A stretch of DNA of 30,063 nucleotides, taken from IMG/VR virus record IMGVR_UViG_3300028585_000509, positions 1 through 30,063 of that record; one strand, 5' to 3'. The position numbers and the translations under genes are program-made. The DNA comes from a virus (taxonomy: Duplodnaviria; Caudoviricetes). The notes beneath the pieces are model-generated. The model did not search any database, was not told the origin of the DNA, and saw nothing but the letters and a program-made list of their open reading frames with translations. This document shows positions 25,679-30,063 of this stretch, piece after piece (within the stretch, counting starts at the first letter, position 1; each line of letters begins with the position of its first letter).

Positions 25679-26218
25679 ATGGTTATTATGAAAAATTTAA
25701 CCGTCGAAAATGTCGATCTAAACGGGCTTCTGATTGCCGTCGCGACAGACGAAACGGGCGCGGATTGGTACGCATCGCAAAGACTGTTTCAGCCAGACAC
25801 GCTCAAATTTGTTTTTGATAAAAACGGCGTCGTTATCTCGATGCATCATGACGTGTCGGCACTCTGGCCGGGGGGTAACTCCGTTGCGGAACTGGCTGCC
25901 GATCATATTCCAGCGGAATTTTGCCTTAACGGTGAATGGGTATTCGATGGCAAACGTATCATCCCCCGTGCATATACGGCTGAAGAATGGCAGTCAAGAG
26001 CACAGAGCCAGCGCCAGCGACTGCTTACCGAAGCCAGCGCAACCATGACCGTATGGGACAGGGAGAAAGACGCCGGTATTCTTGATGATGATGATAAAGC
26101 CAGCCTGATTGAATGGACAAAATACGCGAAAGCGCTGCGTAAACTTGATGTCAGCGCCGTTGAAGATGAAGCGGGATATCAGGCAGTAATATGGCCGGAG
26201 GCACCTGATGTGGCGTGA
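25679..26218 (+). CDS. Tail fibre assembly protein
   Basis: DETGADWY, DVSALWP, WTKYAKALRKLD, IWPEAP end. Confidence 0.88.
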   Translation: MVIMKNLTVENVDLNGLLIAVATDETGADWYASQRLFQPDTLKFVFDKNGVVISMHHDVSALWPGGNSVAELAADHIPAEFCLNGEWVFDGKRIIPRAYTAEEWQSRAQSQRQRLLTEASATMTVWDREKDAGILDDDDKASLIEWTKYAKALRKLDVSAVEDEAGYQAVIWPEAPDVA

Positions 26219-26933
26219 AGCAACGCTGTCATTCTCAGACAGTGTGACAAGCGTCGACTGTGCCATCGTGCCAGCACATCCCTGGGTATATGGACTGGGG
26301 CAGCAGACGGATAACGGCGCATACCTGAGTCCGGTGAATGCCATCGCCTATCTGGCGCAAAAGCTGGCAGGCATCGGTGGGACGGCTGACATAGTGATTT
26401 TTATGGTGGCCAGTGACACGCATAACAGCTTTATGTCCTCACTGAATCAGCTGACAGAAATTTTTCCGGCCCCGGCATTTGTGCAGGTGAAGCGGCTGGC
26501 GCAGTCTGCCGCCACACTGGCCACGGAAAAGATGCAGCTGCCTGCAGGCATGGGCGCCGCGCTGCCGCCTTCCGTGCCGCTGTCCGTGCCTTCCAGCCGG
26601 GCCGCACTCGCAGCCGCCGCCGTGAAGCAGGCGCAGGGCGAAGCAGGTGCAGCGGCAGGGCTTGACGGGCTGAAAGCGCAGCTGGCTGCGTTTGGCCAGA
26701 AACGTGATGCCATGCTGACAGAGATAGCTGCCGGGCTGAGCGATCTGCAGGGCAAAAGCGCACGTGCATGGGTGTTTACCGGCGGCGGGGACGTGGTGAC
26801 CACGCTCACGCAACTGGCGAGAGATATTCCGCAGCCGTCCGCTGTGTATTCGGCGGCCGTGATGCTGGTCGGTGACAATCTTGAAGGAATAAGAGGCATG
26901 ATCCATGAGTACAAACCCGACGCTGGCGCTTAA
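26208..26933 (+). CDS. Conserved HP1-type tail-region protein, function uncertain
   Basis: 241 aa in operon, overlaps neighbours. Confidence 0.7.
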   Translation: MWREATLSFSDSVTSVDCAIVPAHPWVYGLGQQTDNGAYLSPVNAIAYLAQKLAGIGGTADIVIFMVASDTHNSFMSSLNQLTEIFPAPAFVQVKRLAQSAATLATEKMQLPAGMGAALPPSVPLSVPSSRAALAAAAVKQAQGEAGAAAGLDGLKAQLAAFGQKRDAMLTEIAAGLSDLQGKSARAWVFTGGGDVVTTLTQLARDIPQPSAVYSAAVMLVGDNLEGIRGMIHEYKPDAGA

Positions 26934-27444
26934 CGGTGAGGGCATCCCGCTTAAAAACATGCGGGTTACCGTATCAATGGCTTTTCAGGATAAAGACCAG
27001 TCCGGGCAGACCAGTTCAACGGCAAAAGCTGAGCAGGGCATTAAGGGAAAAGAGCTGAGGATCAGTGGTGAAATCGGGTTCAGTGATGCTGCCCTGCTGA
27101 AGCGCGTTTTTGAGCTGGCGTCTGCAACTGATGCCAGCGGCCAGCGGCAGAAATACCGCGTGGCGCATGAGGTGGCGCGCGCGGTAAGTTTTCGCGAGGC
27201 GACATTCACCGGCAACGTGGACGCACCGCAGCAGGAAGGAAAGATGGCCTGGCTGATAACGTTCACGCTGACCGAGCATGTAAGCGTTCAGGAAAAGCGC
27301 GAAGCGCGCGCCGGTGGAAAAACCACGGCCACTAAACAGACCGGCAACGGCAAAGGCGGACCGCAGGCAGCAGGCGAGAGCGAAGAACAAATGACGTGGT
27401 TTGAGCGCAAAGTGCTTAAGCCGGTAAACGACGCACTGGAATAG
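26905..27444 (+). CDS. HP1-type putative baseplate/tube-initiator protein
   Basis: DKDQSGQTSST..EQGIKGKEL, FTLTEHVSVQEKRE; synteny. Confidence 0.65.
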   Translation: MSTNPTLALNGEGIPLKNMRVTVSMAFQDKDQSGQTSSTAKAEQGIKGKELRISGEIGFSDAALLKRVFELASATDASGQRQKYRVAHEVARAVSFREATFTGNVDAPQQEGKMAWLITFTLTEHVSVQEKREARAGGKTTATKQTGNGKGGPQAAGESEEQMTWFERKVLKPVNDALE

Positions 27445-27446
27445 CG

Positions 27447-29126
27447 ATGAAACCTGTAACCCGGCTTTACCTGTCAACTGACGAAGTGTATCTGACTGAC
27501 GCCAGTCTGGTTCTGGAGCTTAACAGCTGTGGCCGTGGCTTTATCACGGCAAAGACCAGTACTGATTACACCGGCAAAATGGTCCGCATTGACACCGGCT
27601 ACCCTGACCGGCTGTTGCGCTGGTTCACCGGGTACGTGGAGCGCTCGCAGCCTTCGGAAACCGGCTATCAGCGTCTTTTCATCCGTGAGCTGAGCGGCGT
27701 ATTTGATCGCGCCTGGCCGTGCGCATTCCAGCACCCGACGCTTCGCCAGATTGCCGCCTGGCTGGAAGAACACAGCGGCCTGACCGTCACCGTGCCGCAG
27801 GCAGATTACAGCGACAGGCCGATCCCGCACTTCACGCACAGCGGCACAGGATTTCAGCTGCTGGCCAGTCTGGGGCGCGCCTTCGGTATTGCTGATTACC
27901 TCTGGTATCAGCTGCCCGATGGCAGCATGTATCTGGGCGGCGCTGAAAAGGCGCTGTTTGCCGGTAAGCCGGTGGACATTCCGCCGGAGTTCAGCCAGTC
28001 CACTGCAGGTGGCAATACGATGACCGTACCTGTGATCCAGTCACTGCGTCCGGGCGTGGAGGTGAACGGCCAGCGCGTGACAAAGGTACAGCTGAACAGC
28101 GACACCATGACAATCACCTGGACACCGCGAAACCGCACAACAGGCCAGCCGCTGCAGAAAACACCGGTACAGCGGCAGGTTGAAAGCCATTACCCGGAGC
28201 TGGCCAGCGGCCTGCACCTGCCTAAAATGGCGCGTGTTGTTGCCCCGTCTGAGGCGGTTAAAAGCGGAAACTTTGCTGACCCCTTCAGGCCGCGCTATGC
28301 CGTCGATCTGCAGCTGCTGGACGCTGACGGTAATCCGGACGGGAGCACGCCAGTTTATCCTGCCGTGCCGCTGCCCGTTCCGATGGCCGGTAATGATTCC
28401 GGGATGTTTCAGTTTCCGCCAGAGGGGACGTTGGTTGAGGTCGGGTTCACCGGTGGACGCCCGGACAAACCGTTTGTGCGCCAGACCATGCCGGAAGGGA
28501 CCAGCCTGCCGGACGTGAAGCCAGGCGAACAGCTGCAGCAGCAGCGCGCGGAAGTATCACAGCGCGTAACGCAGGCGGGAGACTGGGAGCGCCAGACCGA
28601 TCAGGCCATCCGTGAAACGTCCATGAGCCGGGAAGTTAAAGCCGATACGGAAACGCGTGAGCTGGTCAGCAGGGAAACGACGGTCAAAGCCTCGGACAGG
28701 ACCACTGTGATTGGAACGGCGTCACTGATGGCCGGGGCAATCCAGCACGTGACGACCGGTAATTACAGCATGGCCGCACAGCAGAGCCAGCTGATTACAG
28801 TGGGCGGTAATGCGGAAACGGACGTCACCGGCAGCGCGGCGATAAAAGTCGGTCAGGCGCTGACTGAAAAAATCGGCCAGCTGCGTCAGAGCATTGCCGG
28901 GACGCGTCAGGAAATTATCGCGCCGGTAGTGTGGATTGGTTCGGAGAAGATTAACGTGGCCCAGCTGATGCTTGATACCGTGGCCCTTGTGCAGCAACTG
29001 GCGGAACAACTGGCCAGCCACACGCACCCGTCAACCGGCCAGCCCACGAACAGCAGTGCCATCGCGCAGAGTGGCCAGCAGGCCGCCGCGCTCAGTTCGA
29101 AATATTCCCCCGTCATCGGCAAGTAA
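27447..29126 (+). CDS. Baseplate hub-central spike fusion protein
   Basis: Hub-like N-half, OB-fold-like PPEGTLVEVGFTGGRPDKPFV, beta-repeat region, HTH (HxH) tip motif. Confidence 0.72.
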   Translation: MKPVTRLYLSTDEVYLTDASLVLELNSCGRGFITAKTSTDYTGKMVRIDTGYPDRLLRWFTGYVERSQPSETGYQRLFIRELSGVFDRAWPCAFQHPTLRQIAAWLEEHSGLTVTVPQADYSDRPIPHFTHSGTGFQLLASLGRAFGIADYLWYQLPDGSMYLGGAEKALFAGKPVDIPPEFSQSTAGGNTMTVPVIQSLRPGVEVNGQRVTKVQLNSDTMTITWTPRNRTTGQPLQKTPVQRQVESHYPELASGLHLPKMARVVAPSEAVKSGNFADPFRPRYAVDLQLLDADGNPDGSTPVYPAVPLPVPMAGNDSGMFQFPPEGTLVEVGFTGGRPDKPFVRQTMPEGTSLPDVKPGEQLQQQRAEVSQRVTQAGDWERQTDQAIRETSMSREVKADTETRELVSRETTVKASDRTTVIGTASLMAGAIQHVTTGNYSMAAQQSQLITVGGNAETDVTGSAAIKVGQALTEKIGQLRQSIAGTRQEIIAPVVWIGSEKINVAQLMLDTVALVQQLAEQLASHTHPSTGQPTNSSAIAQSGQQAAALSSKYSPVIGK

Positions 29127-29137
29127 GCCAGCACACT

Positions 29138-29165
29138 AACCCGCTATCGCAGCGGGTTTTTTATT
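29138..29165 (+). terminator. Late operon intrinsic terminator
   Basis: AACCCGCT-ATCGC-AGCGGGTT followed by TTTTATT. Confidence 0.9.
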
Positions 29166-29309
29166 GCCCGTGACCAGAACGCCTCAGACGCACGCCACGC
29201 CACGCACAGGCGCGCCCATCACGCACGACAACCATAAACAGATCATCCGCACAGCGCGGCACTGGCTGCGCGTCAGCCCCGGCAAAATAATCGTCGCGCA
29301 GACAAAATC

Positions 29310-29329
29310 GGCGCTACACCGCACCCGCC
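29310..29329 (-). other. Candidate cos site
   Basis: GGCGGGTGCGGTGTAGCGCC loosely resembles the P2/186 cohesive end; HP1-type genomes end after the last tail gene. Confidence 0.4.
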
Positions 29330-29697
29330 TGCAGGTTTTGCATCACATAAATTTTTCAGTTTTATTTTTTTACAAACCAATATGCCAGCCCGCGCCGTTG
29401 GCGGCCCTATGCGGAAAATTACAAACTGAAAAAGTTGAAAATAAATTCAGCTATTTTCAGTAAACTGGATCGGAAATGGATCGCGCAAGAAAGCAAGTTT
29501 TTGAAATTTAATAAAAAAATTAAATTTCGTGATGTTGATTGGATCAAAAAGGCAAGGCGTAGGGTCAAACTAAAAGCCTGCGAGTTCAAGAATGGCGCGG
29601 GCTTAGGTAACTTTTAAGCATTATAAAAGACTGAAATTTTTTTCTCAGTTCAACCAGTTCAAATAGTGTGCTGCCCACTGAACCAAAGGCCTGACAG

Positions 29698-30063
29698 TTA
29701 CGAGTTTCGTTCTTGATGCTTTTTAACTGCATGAGCAACGCTTGAGAAAAATATACTTCCTATAATCACCACTAGTGAAGCGAAGAAAAAATAAAGTACA
29801 TATTCAGTAAGAGGGGACAGCCCTTTATCTATAGCCTTAATCATATCAGGTGGTACTTCCTTAACATTCAACAATATACTATGCACAGCGTAAATGGTGC
29901 CGAGGCTTGCAGAAAAGAAAACGCCAATTAATGTGAACAGAAACGTTAATCGCATATCAGCGTATTCTAAATAAAATTTAGGGTTAGTGTAAGCCACGCC
30001 TAACAATCCAAGAAGCAACGTTGCAAAGCTACTTGTTAAAAATATAAAAACTTCTTGAGACAT
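29698..30063 (-). CDS. AT-rich accessory protein with about 3 TM helices (start at the window edge)
   Basis: 121 aa, three hydrophobic segments, basic tail, opposite to late genes. Confidence 0.78.
   Translation of the reverse strand: MSQEVFIFLTSSFATLLLGLLGVAYTNPKFYLEYADMRLTFLFTLIGVFFSASLGTIYAVHSILLNVKEVPPDMIKAIDKGLSPLTEYVLYFFFASLVVIIGSIFFSSVAHAVKKHQERNS

Larger units (their letters stand above)
253..30063. mobile_element. P2/186-family prophage with HP1/K139-type tail module; right att lies outside the window
   Basis: tRNA-derived att core, then integrase, switch, replication, head, lysis and contractile tail genes in the expected order, with no obvious disruptions. Confidence 0.96.

Noticed and set aside
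23775-26218. Invertible fibre cassette or diversity-generating retroelement
   Set aside because: No invertase, reverse transcriptase, hix/gix-like sites or duplicated template seen
29164-29617. ORFs 29164-29463 and 29435-29617
   Set aside because: Start at or after the late terminator and span the repeat block; better explained as cis-acting DNA
1-30063. CRISPR array, IS elements or recognisable named defence systems
   Set aside because: No repeat-spacer pattern, transposase or known defence domain recognised by eye

Overview
Almost the whole window (253 to the right edge) is one apparently intact temperate myovirus prophage of the P2/186 family, with an HP1/K139-type tail module, in an enterobacterial host. 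It is integrated at a tRNA-Ile2(CAU) gene: the duplicated 3' half is at 253-297 and the other att is outside the window. Order: att arm; leftward lysogenic operon (cI, bPH/SHOCT protein, int, 5-TM protein); 186-like switch; early genes (apl/cox, cII, fil-like, dhr/B-like, DUF2732, a counter-oriented moron, rolling-circle gpA with ori); LexA-controlled Tum-like antirepressor; ogr, portal, terminase; head genes; sheath and tube; holin, M15 endolysin, spanins; frameshifted tail chaperone; tape measure, baseplate, fibre, hub-spike fusion; putative cos region; an AT-rich 3-TM cargo gene. The best candidate for an undescribed system is the pair of AT-rich genes tightly coupled on either side of int, possibly an exclusion or defence module. 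All family assignments are by motif recognition and synteny; no searches were run.
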